Assembly (NCBI GenBank): GCA_903847975.1 | Contig: CAINFC010000005.1 | Span: 6,322 to 70,321, forward strand | Direction of reading: 5' to 3' | DNA length: 64,000 nucleotides | Origin: an uncultured Acidobacteriota bacterium | GTDB lineage: Bacteria; Acidobacteriota; UBA6911; CAINFC01 | Shown here: in pieces, positions 30,690-39,391 of the stretch | How the letters are laid out: each line of letters starts with the position of its first letter | How positions within the stretch are numbered: position 1 is the first letter of the stretch | The notes under the pieces: generated by a model | The model's input: the letters and a program-made list of their open reading frames with translations, nothing else | What the model was told of the DNA's origin: nothing | The model's database searches: none | Made by a program: the position numbers and the translations under genes

Positions 30690-32008
30690 TTTTCTATCCT
30701 CAGTTTGGCGGGCTCGACGATGATCAGCCGGAGAGCAAACGGCAATTTACCCTTCATCTTGCCTGCCGCCGCGTTAGGGTCCTTCTCTTCCACGGCCCCG
30801 AAGAAGTAGAGGGTTCCATCCGGACCGCAGGCGGCAGCATTGGTCCCCAGAACTCGCAACCGGTTTTTTTCATCGACCAGTTTTCCGAAATCCCGCCGCT
30901 GACCGTCGGCCGGATTGAATGAAATCAGGTAAGAGGCCATATCCTCAACCGTTCCTTCCGAGCCGGAGTAATCGAAGGCCGCGCTGCCCGGCGCGTAGTA
31001 AATCAGATTGTCGTTGCTGAGGGTCATGGAGAGCGTGGCGTAGCCCAGGTCGTGCCTGCCCGCCAGGTGAAGCGGGGTAAGCTGCGCCAGTTCCCGGATT
31101 TCTCCATACCTTCCCTGGCGCGGATTGAAGCGGAAAAGGAAGCTGGCGCCCCCTTCCACGCCATAGATGACCTGGTCGCGCGGGCTCCACTGCGCGACCC
31201 TCCAGATATCCTTGCGGTCCAGCTTGGGCCGGACCGGATCGCCGGGCCATTGGAAGGGATCATGAGGAAGGGTGATCGGCAAATCGATCAGGCGGTTGGC
31301 GGCGGCATCGTATTTGAAGAGAAGGTGCCGCTCGAAGCTGCCGTAGCAGTTTCCTTCATGGTCGGTGACAATGGTCCGGCACACGTCCCAGTCGTTCACC
31401 CGGCCGGCATCGACGGTGGTCCGTGTCTGGATGTCGAAGATATAAAAATGGCCATTGAATGCCGTGCCGTAAAGGCGGTGCCGGACCGCATCGTAGGCCA
31501 GTCCGTAAAGGTCGGAGTTGCCCGGAGCGACCAGGCCCAGGTCCCGGACCTCGTCCCGGGCCGGGTTGTAAAGCCACCAATGTCCTCCGCTCCAGGAGCG
31601 GGGATCGATGTTCCAGGGCCCGGAGCCCTGGTTGCCGGTGCCGAAGTAGATCAAGCCATCCTTGTCCTCCACGAAACGGGTGTGAATTTTGGCCTGAATC
31701 CTGATCCCTTTCGCTTTTTCTCCGGCCAGCTCGGACATGTCGGCCAGGTGCCGTATCGCACCCTCTTTGGGATTGTACTGGTAGAAGTGAGCTTCCGCTC
31801 CGTGAGCCTGGGCGCCGATGTAGACCATTCCATTTCCGGCGGCGTAGAGCGCCGACCACATGCCGTCTTCCTTGAAGCCGCCGGGCAGAGGCAGGGTTCG
31901 GCAATCGGCAGCGCTCAGATTGCTAAATAAAAAGGCCCAGGCGGCCATGGCCCGGATGGCACGAACAGCAGATCGCAAGATAACTCCTTTCCCGGAAAAA
32001 CGGGACAT
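30686..32008 (-). CDS. Secreted beta-propeller protein, paralog of 29445-30689
   Basis: Shares GHWWLYNP/GHLYRYEP, LYGTAFNGHFYIFD/LYGISYPHGHFFLYE and FRFNP/FRFHP blocks with its neighbour. Start set at the ATG (MSRFSGKG) at 32008 to avoid overlap with the LamG gene. An internal M (MAAWAFLFSN) at 31948 is an alternative start. Confidence 0.5.
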   Translation of the reverse strand: MSRFSGKGVILRSAVRAIRAMAAWAFLFSNLSAADCRTLPLPGGFKEDGMWSALYAAGNGMVYIGAQAHGAEAHFYQYNPKEGAIRHLADMSELAGEKAKGIRIQAKIHTRFVEDKDGLIYFGTGNQGSGPWNIDPRSWSGGHWWLYNPARDEVRDLGLVAPGNSDLYGLAYDAVRHRLYGTAFNGHFYIFDIQTRTTVDAGRVNDWDVCRTIVTDHEGNCYGSFERHLLFKYDAAANRLIDLPITLPHDPFQWPGDPVRPKLDRKDIWRVAQWSPRDQVIYGVEGGASFLFRFNPRQGRYGEIRELAQLTPLHLAGRHDLGYATLSMTLSNDNLIYYAPGSAAFDYSGSEGTVEDMASYLISFNPADGQRRDFGKLVDEKNRLRVLGTNAAACGPDGTLYFFGAVEEKDPNAAAGKMKGKLPFALRLIIVEPAKLRIEK

Positions 32009-32027
32009 CACAAAGCTTCTGCCCCGG

Positions 32028-32870
32028 TTACTCCGGCTTCTCGAGGAATTGATTCGGATGCAGTACCGCATGGGAAATCCGGATTTTTCGGATGGCTCCT
32101 TTGAACCAGAACACCCGGTTGAGTCGACAGCCGATGGAGGTTTGCCCGCCGCCAACCGCTGTGTACTCCACTTCTCCGGACATCTCCTCCACTCCGTCGA
32201 CGTAATGGCGCATGGTGTGCCCGTCATAGGTCAGGGCGGCATGGTACCATTTTCCCAGCGGATGGAGGGTCGCTTTCGATTGAAGGGTTTTTTCGGATTT
32301 TCCCGATTTGATAAAGGTGTCGAGAAACCATTCATTCCGTTCGTTCAGGCGTGTTTCCATCAGCACACGGTTTTCCTCGCTGGATTGCATGTGCAGGAAA
32401 CGCTGCGCCTGGCTGCCGCCCGCATCGGGGCGGAAAACTGCTTCCACGGTGAAGCTTTGGGTGCCGGCGAGCGGATTGGCGTCCAGGATCAAACCGTCGT
32501 CCTGCCCGTCAAAAGCCAGGGCCGAGTCATGGAGCGCTTCGATGATCCGGGGGGTTCCGAGAACCGTCGGCCGGCCGCCGCCGATTTCGTTCAGATTGTC
32601 CAGATCCCAGACGACCTGCCTGACCTTCCCGGGCCCGGCAGAGAACGCCCCATGCTTGTGGCCTGCCGGGGCAGGCCCCGGATCCTTTACGAAAAGCAGC
32701 TGGTTTGCCGGCCTTCGCCACTGCGTCTCCGGTTCCTCGGAATCGGTCGATGCCGGCAAGCAGGCTATCACCACCGCTGCCATGATCAGCCGGAGCGACA
32801 GGTGCAGCGTATGCCGGGAGGGCGCTCTCTTCTCTCCCCTGAGTCGAGGGTAAAAATCTCGTGCGGTCAT
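32028..32870 (-). CDS. LamG/concanavalin-A-like lectin domain protein
   Basis: ALAFDGQDDGLILDANP..FTVEAVFRPDAGG..QRFLHMQS...WYHAALTYDG..MRHYVDGVEE are LamG/ConA-like beta-sandwich hallmarks. An alternative start at 32783 (MAAVVIACLPAS) would give a short signal peptide. Confidence 0.55.
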   Translation of the reverse strand: MTARDFYPRLRGEKRAPSRHTLHLSLRLIMAAVVIACLPASTDSEEPETQWRRPANQLLFVKDPGPAPAGHKHGAFSAGPGKVRQVVWDLDNLNEIGGGRPTVLGTPRIIEALHDSALAFDGQDDGLILDANPLAGTQSFTVEAVFRPDAGGSQAQRFLHMQSSEENRVLMETRLNERNEWFLDTFIKSGKSEKTLQSKATLHPLGKWYHAALTYDGHTMRHYVDGVEEMSGEVEYTAVGGGQTSIGCRLNRVFWFKGAIRKIRISHAVLHPNQFLEKPE

Positions 32871-33080
32871 ATTCTTCCGCCTGCCGGTTCTCCGCCAGGG
32901 ATACCATCATGCCGTCGCGATTCCGGTACTTCGATACAGGAATGTTTTCCGGGTCGGCTTTTGATTTGGCTCATGGAGTTCCCGACACGGGCCGTCATCA
33001 TTTAACCCCTTTTTGCGGAAAAATGCGAATGTCCTTCGAAACAATCACAAAGCGGATGAGATGGATAAAACGGATCCGCT

Positions 33081-33162
33081 GTGATCCGTACCATCCGCCG
33101 TTTCCGTGTAATCTGCAAAATGGATGTCCTTTTCTCTCTGTCTCCTTTTCTCTCTGTCCGGT
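33081..33162. repeat. Intergenic repeat element, copy B
   Basis: gatccgtaccatccgccgtttccgtgtaatctgcaaaatggatgtccttttctctctgtctccttttctctctgtcc aligns with copy A over about 75 nt in the same orientation. Lies in the divergent region between the LamG and PD40 genes. Confidence 0.55.
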
Positions 33163-33349
33163 GGGGCCACCCCCTCCGCCCGCCATGCTCCCGGAAAGGT
33201 TCTGACCATAAATGACCACATTTGTCCGTATACTACTATGTGGGAATCGTACATGATTGTAGATAGACCGAAGCGCCGATCCCGGGAAACCGTTTTTCCG
33301 TGAAGAGCCGAAAAACCTTCATCCAACAAATCAGGAAAGGGAAGCAACT

Positions 33350-34567
33350 ATGAGGTCATCCAGATGGACTGCTGTCGGGTTTGTCATTCTCCTGGGCATG
33401 GCTATGGTCCGTGCACAATCGGGAGCGCCACGCTGGCCATGGTATCAGACCAAGCCGGTGAATATGGGTCCGGCCATCAATAATAAGGAAAGAGACGCGG
33501 AAGTTTCCTTTTTACCGGATGGAAAAACCATGTACTACAATTGCATGAATCGTATAACGGGAAACGGAAACGATATTTGCGTCTCCTATTTCACCAATGG
33601 AGAGTGGACCACCGGCGAAGTGGTCGGAGTGCCGATCAGCACCCAATACTCCGAAGTGGAGCCCGTGCTCACCCGCAACGGGAACCGGCTGACTTTCCAG
33701 AGCGATCGGCCGGGAGGTTTGGGCGGCATGGATATCTGGGTTGCGGATAAAGTGGATGGCGTGTGGCAGGAGCCGGTGAACATGGGCGCCCCCATTAACT
33801 CCGCCTACAACGATCACTGTCTCTATTATCTGGGCGACGATGAGACCGCCGGCTATCTGACCAGCACACGGCCGGGAGGATACGGCGGAAATGATGTCTA
33901 TCTGGTGCGCAAGATTGCCGGTAAATGGCAGGAGCCGATCAATCTCGGGCCGAACGTAAATACGACCTACAGCGATCATCATGGTCTGGCTTCCCCGGAC
34001 GGGCAGTCCGTCTACTTCACATCCGACCGGCCCGGCGGGTTGGGAGGCGAAGATATCTATATATCCACCATGGATGACCGGGGAGTTTTTGGGCCGGCGG
34101 TGAATGTTAGCCCTCTGAACTCCGACAAGCATGATCGCTGTCCTGTCTTTTCCGTCGACAACAAAGTGATGATCTTCGATTCGGAGAGAGACGGCGGCTT
34201 TGGGAACAAGGATCTGTGGTGGATGTTTTATGCCAACATAGAGAACATAAAATATAACCCCGTTGTGGTAAGCGGCTTCTCATTGAGTCCTGCGACGGTA
34301 AAAGCCGGCGGTTCCTATACGGCGATCGTGACCGGAACCAATCTGACGGACAAAACTTATTTCGACATACGCTTCCGTGCTCCGGGAAGCATGGTCGATG
34401 TGGAGGCTCATAACTGGCAGCAAGGAACCAGTGCGGTCCACCCGGTAACGGCCGATAGTCCCCAGGGCACATGGACGGTTACGGGAGTTCGCGCCCACGT
34501 GAACGCCGGAGACCATTACAGCGATGCCTATGTTCCCGTCTGGGCAAAGCTTACGGTTGGCCCTTAG
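33350..34567 (+). CDS. Secreted PD40/TolB-like beta-propeller repeat protein
   Basis: Signal peptide MRSSRWTAVGFVILLGMAMVRAQS. Repeated (F/T)SDRPGG(L/Y)GG.DI(W/Y) units (at least 5), typical of PD40 (WD40-like) repeats. Confidence 0.6.
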   Translation: MRSSRWTAVGFVILLGMAMVRAQSGAPRWPWYQTKPVNMGPAINNKERDAEVSFLPDGKTMYYNCMNRITGNGNDICVSYFTNGEWTTGEVVGVPISTQYSEVEPVLTRNGNRLTFQSDRPGGLGGMDIWVADKVDGVWQEPVNMGAPINSAYNDHCLYYLGDDETAGYLTSTRPGGYGGNDVYLVRKIAGKWQEPINLGPNVNTTYSDHHGLASPDGQSVYFTSDRPGGLGGEDIYISTMDDRGVFGPAVNVSPLNSDKHDRCPVFSVDNKVMIFDSERDGGFGNKDLWWMFYANIENIKYNPVVVSGFSLSPATVKAGGSYTAIVTGTNLTDKTYFDIRFRAPGSMVDVEAHNWQQGTSAVHPVTADSPQGTWTVTGVRAHVNAGDHYSDAYVPVWAKLTVGP

Positions 34568-34774
34568 CGGTTGCCGCCTGACGGCCCTCGGCCGGCATCC
34601 GGGGAAACGGGCGGCAGCGGCCAAAGGCTGGCGGAAAGTACCAGCCTGGCTATTGCCGCCCGACAGGCGAGGGGGAATCGGTATTTCTTCTTGACTTCGG
34701 CCCATCTGCGCTCTATGTCGTTTTTCGTTCCGGAGGCGATCCCGATGGCCTGACCTTTTGCCCGGCTGGCCAGG

Positions 34775-35426
34775 ATGCACCTGCGCGCCCTCTGGGCTCC
34801 CGTCCTCCTCGCTCTGGCCTGGTTTGCGCTTCAGGCCGGCGTCTGTGCGGGAACGCCGGCCTACGCAGGTGCCCCAGCCCCTTTCGCTGACTCAAAATTT
34901 AAGATGTGCGACTTTTTCGTCTGGCCCCAGGGCAACGACTCCTGGAACGGGAAGCCCGCTGTGCCCAGCGCCGACCGAACCACCGGACCCTTCGCCACAC
35001 TCTGATGCGCCCGCCTCGCCGTGCGCGTCCTGAAGAGCGGCCAGTACCGCGACCACTTCGTCCTGATTCGCGGCGGTGAATACCGGCTCGCCGCCACCGG
35101 GGTCTTTACGCCCGCCGATGGCCACTACGACTCGTTTGCAGTCCATTACATGGCCAACCCCGGCGAGGAGCCGGCCCTCTGCTCGGATCTCGATGTGACC
35201 GGCGGGCAACCTGTCGCCGGTGTGCCCGGCCTGGTCGGCGTCGGCCGCGGTGACTTCCGGCTCCAGCCCGGGTCGGCCGCCGAAAAAGTTCGGCTTCCGC
35301 GAAATCGACGTGCGTCCGTGCGTGCTTACCTCCGATTTTTCCCGCCGCTTCGCCGGGGCGGCCCGCGAGGATCTCGGCGCCGACTACGATTCCTTTGTCC
35401 GGCTCGACGATCCCGAGGTGCCGTGA
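34775..35426 (+). pseudogene. Degraded remnant of a secreted right-handed beta-helix (pectate-lyase-fold) protein gene: in-frame TGA at 35003-35005, probable +1 frameshift near 35285, internal deletion
   Basis: Signal peptide MHLRALWAPVLLALAWFALQAGVCAG. QGNDSWNGKPAVPSADRTTGPFATL is followed by TGA, then the same frame continues CARLAVRVLKSGQYRDHFVLIRGGEYRL...MANPGEEPAL. This matches the usual beta-helix N-terminus (PFATL..AR.AVR.LK...V.LRGGTYRL...AYPGE.P.L). The frame then decays. A +1 frame carries ...GADYDSFVRLDDPEVP up to a stop at 35426. Only about 217 codons in total. Confidence 0.4.
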
Positions 35427-36064
35427 ACCGGCCTGTTCCATCCGACCCTCACGGATGTTTAGTGGCTCCGCCCGAGCGGCAGAAAATGTGAGTTACTCGA
35501 TGAGCGGACAGCATCCATGAGGAAGGGGGAAAGTCCCTAAAAGCGATAAAGGGATCTTGCCTGTAATTGTGCCTTTTTGAAGAGCCCTGAAGGGGCGAAA
35601 TGATTCCAGCCCGGGGGGAAGCCCCGGGAAGCGATATTGTATTGCATGTCGATCCCTGTAATGGCGGCCTAATACAAACGAGCAATTGGATTTAGGTCGC
35701 CCCCACAGGGCTCTGATTTCCGAATGTCATCGTTCCCGGGGTTTCGCCCCGGGCTGACGATGTGGGAGGCTTTCAGCCTCCTTCAAGACTTTTTAGCCCT
35801 TCATCATCCATCTTGAGAGCCCGGTGTTCTCCCGGTCGTTGGCGGCAGAAGGTTCCCAGTCGATGGCATTTCGGCATGCCGGGATCGCCGCCGGTGCACA
35901 CTGGGTTTCAGACTGGGGATATAATTATTGCGGTGGACAGACACCGGTAGACAGCCCAATGACCCTGGCTCAGGCTTTTAACAAAAGAGAGATAAAGGAT
36001 ATCCGGATTTTCCTGTGATTATGGGAGTTCTTCGTCCGCTTCTTTCTTGTTCGGAAAAACAGGT

Positions 36065-37084
36065 ATGAGTGACCCGAAATCCCGCTGGGAAGATTTTTAT
36101 AGCGGATGCCTGCAGGGGCCCCTGTTGTTCGCTCCGGCGGTTTACGACCTGAAGCCGGCCCTGGTCGGCGTTCCTGCCTGCCGCTTTGGCCAGGACGCCG
36201 ACGAATTGAAAGCTGCCCTGGAGAGGGAAGTGGAAGCCATTCAGGCCGATGTTCTGACCGTCGGCTACGACATTTACAATGTGGAAGCGGAAGCCTGCGG
36301 CTGCTGCGTGCGCCGCGATCCCGACCTTCCCATGCCTCTGGTGGAAGAGCCGCTGCTATCCGAGCCTGAGGAGGTGGAGCGGCTGAAAGGCTTGCCAGTC
36401 GATCCTTCCGGGCGTATGCCGCTTTTCCTGGACGCGGCGCGCTGGGCGGTGCAGCGCTTCGGGTGGCAGATCCCGGTGCGGGGTGCGGTGAGCGGGCCAT
36501 TCTCCATGGCCGCTGTCCTGTGCCGGCGCCAGGGGCTGCTGGCCGCAGCCCTGGAAAAGCCGGGCAGCGTGGAAAGGCTTCTTTCCTGGTGCACGGAGCG
36601 CATTCTGGCCTATGCCCGCGGCTTCCGCCAGGCCGGTGCCGGCGTGGTGGTCTTCGATTCCTTCGCCTCTCCCCCGCTGATATCTCCGCGCCTGTACCGG
36701 GAGCTGGTGCTGCCCTGCCATCGCCGGCTTTTTCACCAGCTCCGCGAATCGGGACTGGAGCATCGCCCCCTGGTCATGGGTGGCAACATCGCGCCGCTGC
36801 TTTCCGCTTTCCCGGAGACCGGCGCAACGCAGTTTCTCCTGGATTTCAACATTCCTCTGCCCCGGATCCGCGAAATCCTGGAAACCAGCTCCGGCCTCTT
36901 CCGGGTGAACCTCAGTCCCCGGCTGGTGGCCGAAGGCTCGAGGGAAGAAGTAGCCGAAGAGACCCGAAAAGTCCTCGGTTCCCTTCGCGGGTTGAACAAT
37001 TATCTGCTGGGAACAGGCATTCTTCCGTATGCCACCCCCCTGGATAACATTGCCGCGATCCGCAGGGCCGTTCTCGAAAGCTAG
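36065..37084 (+). CDS. Uroporphyrinogen-decarboxylase (URO-D) family protein, MtaA/CmuA-type methyltransferase-like
   Basis: 340 aa. (R/K)P..(V/I)P pattern with FAPAVYDL..L.G. PLFLDAARW..Q..G. FDSFASPPLISP..YRE..LP, typical of the URO-D/methylcobamide:CoM methyltransferase fold. Confidence 0.5.
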   Translation: MSDPKSRWEDFYSGCLQGPLLFAPAVYDLKPALVGVPACRFGQDADELKAALEREVEAIQADVLTVGYDIYNVEAEACGCCVRRDPDLPMPLVEEPLLSEPEEVERLKGLPVDPSGRMPLFLDAARWAVQRFGWQIPVRGAVSGPFSMAAVLCRRQGLLAAALEKPGSVERLLSWCTERILAYARGFRQAGAGVVVFDSFASPPLISPRLYRELVLPCHRRLFHQLRESGLEHRPLVMGGNIAPLLSAFPETGATQFLLDFNIPLPRIREILETSSGLFRVNLSPRLVAEGSREEVAEETRKVLGSLRGLNNYLLGTGILPYATPLDNIAAIRRAVLES

Positions 37085-37216
37085 CAGCGGCAGAATCCGA
37101 TGCCTTCCCCGGGCTGGGGACCAAGAAAAAAATATCCGCAATGGAAAAGCGGTCATTTCCTACTATACAATAAACAAACCGGCCGACTTTCGGAGCGGGC
37201 TCGTCAGGGATCAGGG

Positions 37217-39391
37217 ATGGAAAAAAGGGTAAAGGTTACTTGTTTGGACGGAAAGCAGCGGATGGAGTTCTTCCGCACGATTGCGGGGGCCACCGTTTTG
37301 ATGCTATTGGTCATGACCCTGTTCGAATTTCTGAAATCAGGACTTTTCCCCGGGCTCTCCATGCGGGAATCCCACGTGCTCACCATTCTCTTCAGCGGCC
37401 TCCTGGCGATCCTGGTTGCCTGCCGGGGGCTGAGCCGGCAGGAAAAACTATGCCAGGCAATCGCCGATGGCGCCGACCGGCAGACGGAAATCGCCCGAAT
37501 CCTGGAAGAGAAGAGCTCCCTGCTGCGCGACACCCTGGAGTCTACGGCGGACGGCATTCTGGTGGTCAGTCTGGAGAACAGGATTCTGGCCTATAATCGG
37601 CAGTTCCACGAAATGTGGAACATTCCCGAGTCGGTGATGCACAGCGGGGATGACGGGCAGGTCCTGCAATTCGTCCTGGATCAGCTGAAATTCCCGGAGC
37701 GGTTTCTGAAAGAAGTGCACCGGCTTTACACCTCACCGGAGACGGTCGAGAGGGAAGAACTGGAATTCAGGGATGGCCGGATTTTCGAGCGCTATTCGCG
37801 ACCCCAGGTTCGAAACCAGGAGATCCGCGGCCGGGTCTGGAGTTTCCGGGATATCACCGAAAAGCGCCGCAACCTGGAGAAAATCGAAATGCTGGTGCAG
37901 ACCGTGCGCTGTGCTCCGGAGTGCATTTCGATCACCGACATGAACGACCAGGTTCTTTTCGCCAATGACGCATTTCTCAGAACCTACGGCTATGCGGAAA
38001 GCGAAATTGTCGGACAGAAGATCTACCGGGTCCGCTCTCCGAAGAACCAGGAAGGTTCCGTGCCGGATATCCTGGCCAGGACGAAAATAGATGGCCGGTG
38101 GGAAGGAGAGCTCTGGAACCGAAGAAAGGACGGCTCCGACTTTCCCATCCATCTCTCCACTTCCATTATTCGGAACGACACCGGACAGCCGATCGCTCTC
38201 CTGGGAATAGCCCGCGACATCAGCGGCCAGCGGGAAAGCGAGGAGCGGATGCGCCAGGCCCAGAAGATGGAAAGCGTAGGGATCCTGGCAGGGGGGGTGG
38301 CCCATGATTTCAACAACCTGCTTCAGGCCATGATGGGCCGGGTCGCCCTGGCAATGGGTTCGCTCCCGTCGGACCACCCGGGCGCCCGGCACCTGGAAAA
38401 AGCGATGGATGCCGGCACCCGCGCCGCGCATCTCACCGCCCAGCTGCTGGCCTATTCCGGAAGGGGAAAGCTGGAGGCCCGCCCCTTGCATCTTGGCCAG
38501 TGGATTCAGGAAAATCTTTCCTTTTATATCTCCGTGATTCCCAAAAGGGTTCATCTGCATGCGGAGTGCACGGAAAACCTGCCGAATATCGAGGCGGACC
38601 CTACCCAGATTCAGCAGGTCCTCATGAGCCTGATCCTCAATGCCGCCGAAGCGATCGGCGATCGCCCGGGCCAGATAAACATTACGGTCGGAGTGACGCA
38701 GATACAGGATCGGAATTCTCCATGGGAAGGGTACGGCGGGGGCGCACTGGCTTTGGGAAACTATGTGTCTCTGGAGGTGGCCGACGACGGTTGCGGAATC
38801 GATGAGGGCAACCTTCCCCGGATTTTCGACCCCTTCTTCACCACCAAATTTACAGGCCGCGGTCTGGGCCTGGCGGCCGTTCTGGGCATCATCCGCAGTC
38901 ACCAGGGTGGGATCGCGGTACGCAGCAAGACCGGGGAAGGGGCCCGGTTTCTGCTGGTGTTTCCGGCCATGGCGGAAAGGCTGGCGCCGGCTCTGCCGGT
39001 AGAGTCTGCCGCCCCCAGGCCGAAGGCCGCTTCCGTCATCCTGCTGATCGACGATGAGGAAATGGTCCGGGACGTAGTGGCCGCCTCGCTGGACCTGCAG
39101 GGATGGGAGGTCCTGGCCGCTCACGACGGCCGGTCCGGTATTGAGAAATACCGGCAGGAGGGCCGGCGTATCGACCTGGTGATGCTGGATCATTCCATGC
39201 CCGACCTGAACGGCGAGCAGGTAGCCCGGCAGCTTAAGGAAATCGATCCCGGAGTGCGCATTCTGCTCTGCTCCGGCTTCCCGGAGTCGGAGGTCACCGG
39301 ACGGTTTCAGGGAATTGGCCTGGCGGGCTTCATACAAAAACCATTTCGATCCCCCAAATTAATGGAAATGATTCACCGGTGTCTGCCATGA
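37217..39391 (+). CDS. Membrane-anchored PAS/PAC hybrid sensor histidine kinase with C-terminal receiver domain
   Basis: Two N-terminal TM helices. Two PAS domains. HisKA H-box HDFNNLLQAMMG. HATPase_c (DDGCGIDE, GRGLGLAAV). C-terminal REC (ILLIDDEEMVRD..VMLDHSMPDLNG..KPF). Confidence 0.8.
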   Translation: MEKRVKVTCLDGKQRMEFFRTIAGATVLMLLVMTLFEFLKSGLFPGLSMRESHVLTILFSGLLAILVACRGLSRQEKLCQAIADGADRQTEIARILEEKSSLLRDTLESTADGILVVSLENRILAYNRQFHEMWNIPESVMHSGDDGQVLQFVLDQLKFPERFLKEVHRLYTSPETVEREELEFRDGRIFERYSRPQVRNQEIRGRVWSFRDITEKRRNLEKIEMLVQTVRCAPECISITDMNDQVLFANDAFLRTYGYAESEIVGQKIYRVRSPKNQEGSVPDILARTKIDGRWEGELWNRRKDGSDFPIHLSTSIIRNDTGQPIALLGIARDISGQRESEERMRQAQKMESVGILAGGVAHDFNNLLQAMMGRVALAMGSLPSDHPGARHLEKAMDAGTRAAHLTAQLLAYSGRGKLEARPLHLGQWIQENLSFYISVIPKRVHLHAECTENLPNIEADPTQIQQVLMSLILNAAEAIGDRPGQINITVGVTQIQDRNSPWEGYGGGALALGNYVSLEVADDGCGIDEGNLPRIFDPFFTTKFTGRGLGLAAVLGIIRSHQGGIAVRSKTGEGARFLLVFPAMAERLAPALPVESAAPRPKAASVILLIDDEEMVRDVVAASLDLQGWEVLAAHDGRSGIEKYRQEGRRIDLVMLDHSMPDLNGEQVARQLKEIDPGVRILLCSGFPESEVTGRFQGIGLAGFIQKPFRSPKLMEMIHRCLP

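Noticed and set aside
35003-35005. In-frame TGA as selenocysteine
   Set aside because: A secreted beta-helix family protein is not a known selenoprotein context. The gene also shows a frameshift and truncation. No SECIS-like bacterial stem-loop lies immediately downstream. A pseudogene or sequencing error is more parsimonious.
35440-36064. Cobalamin riboswitch upstream of the MtaA-like gene
   Set aside because: A corrinoid-linked function made this attractive. I could not find the B12-box (GCCACTG-type) or other cobalamin-riboswitch core elements in the sequence.
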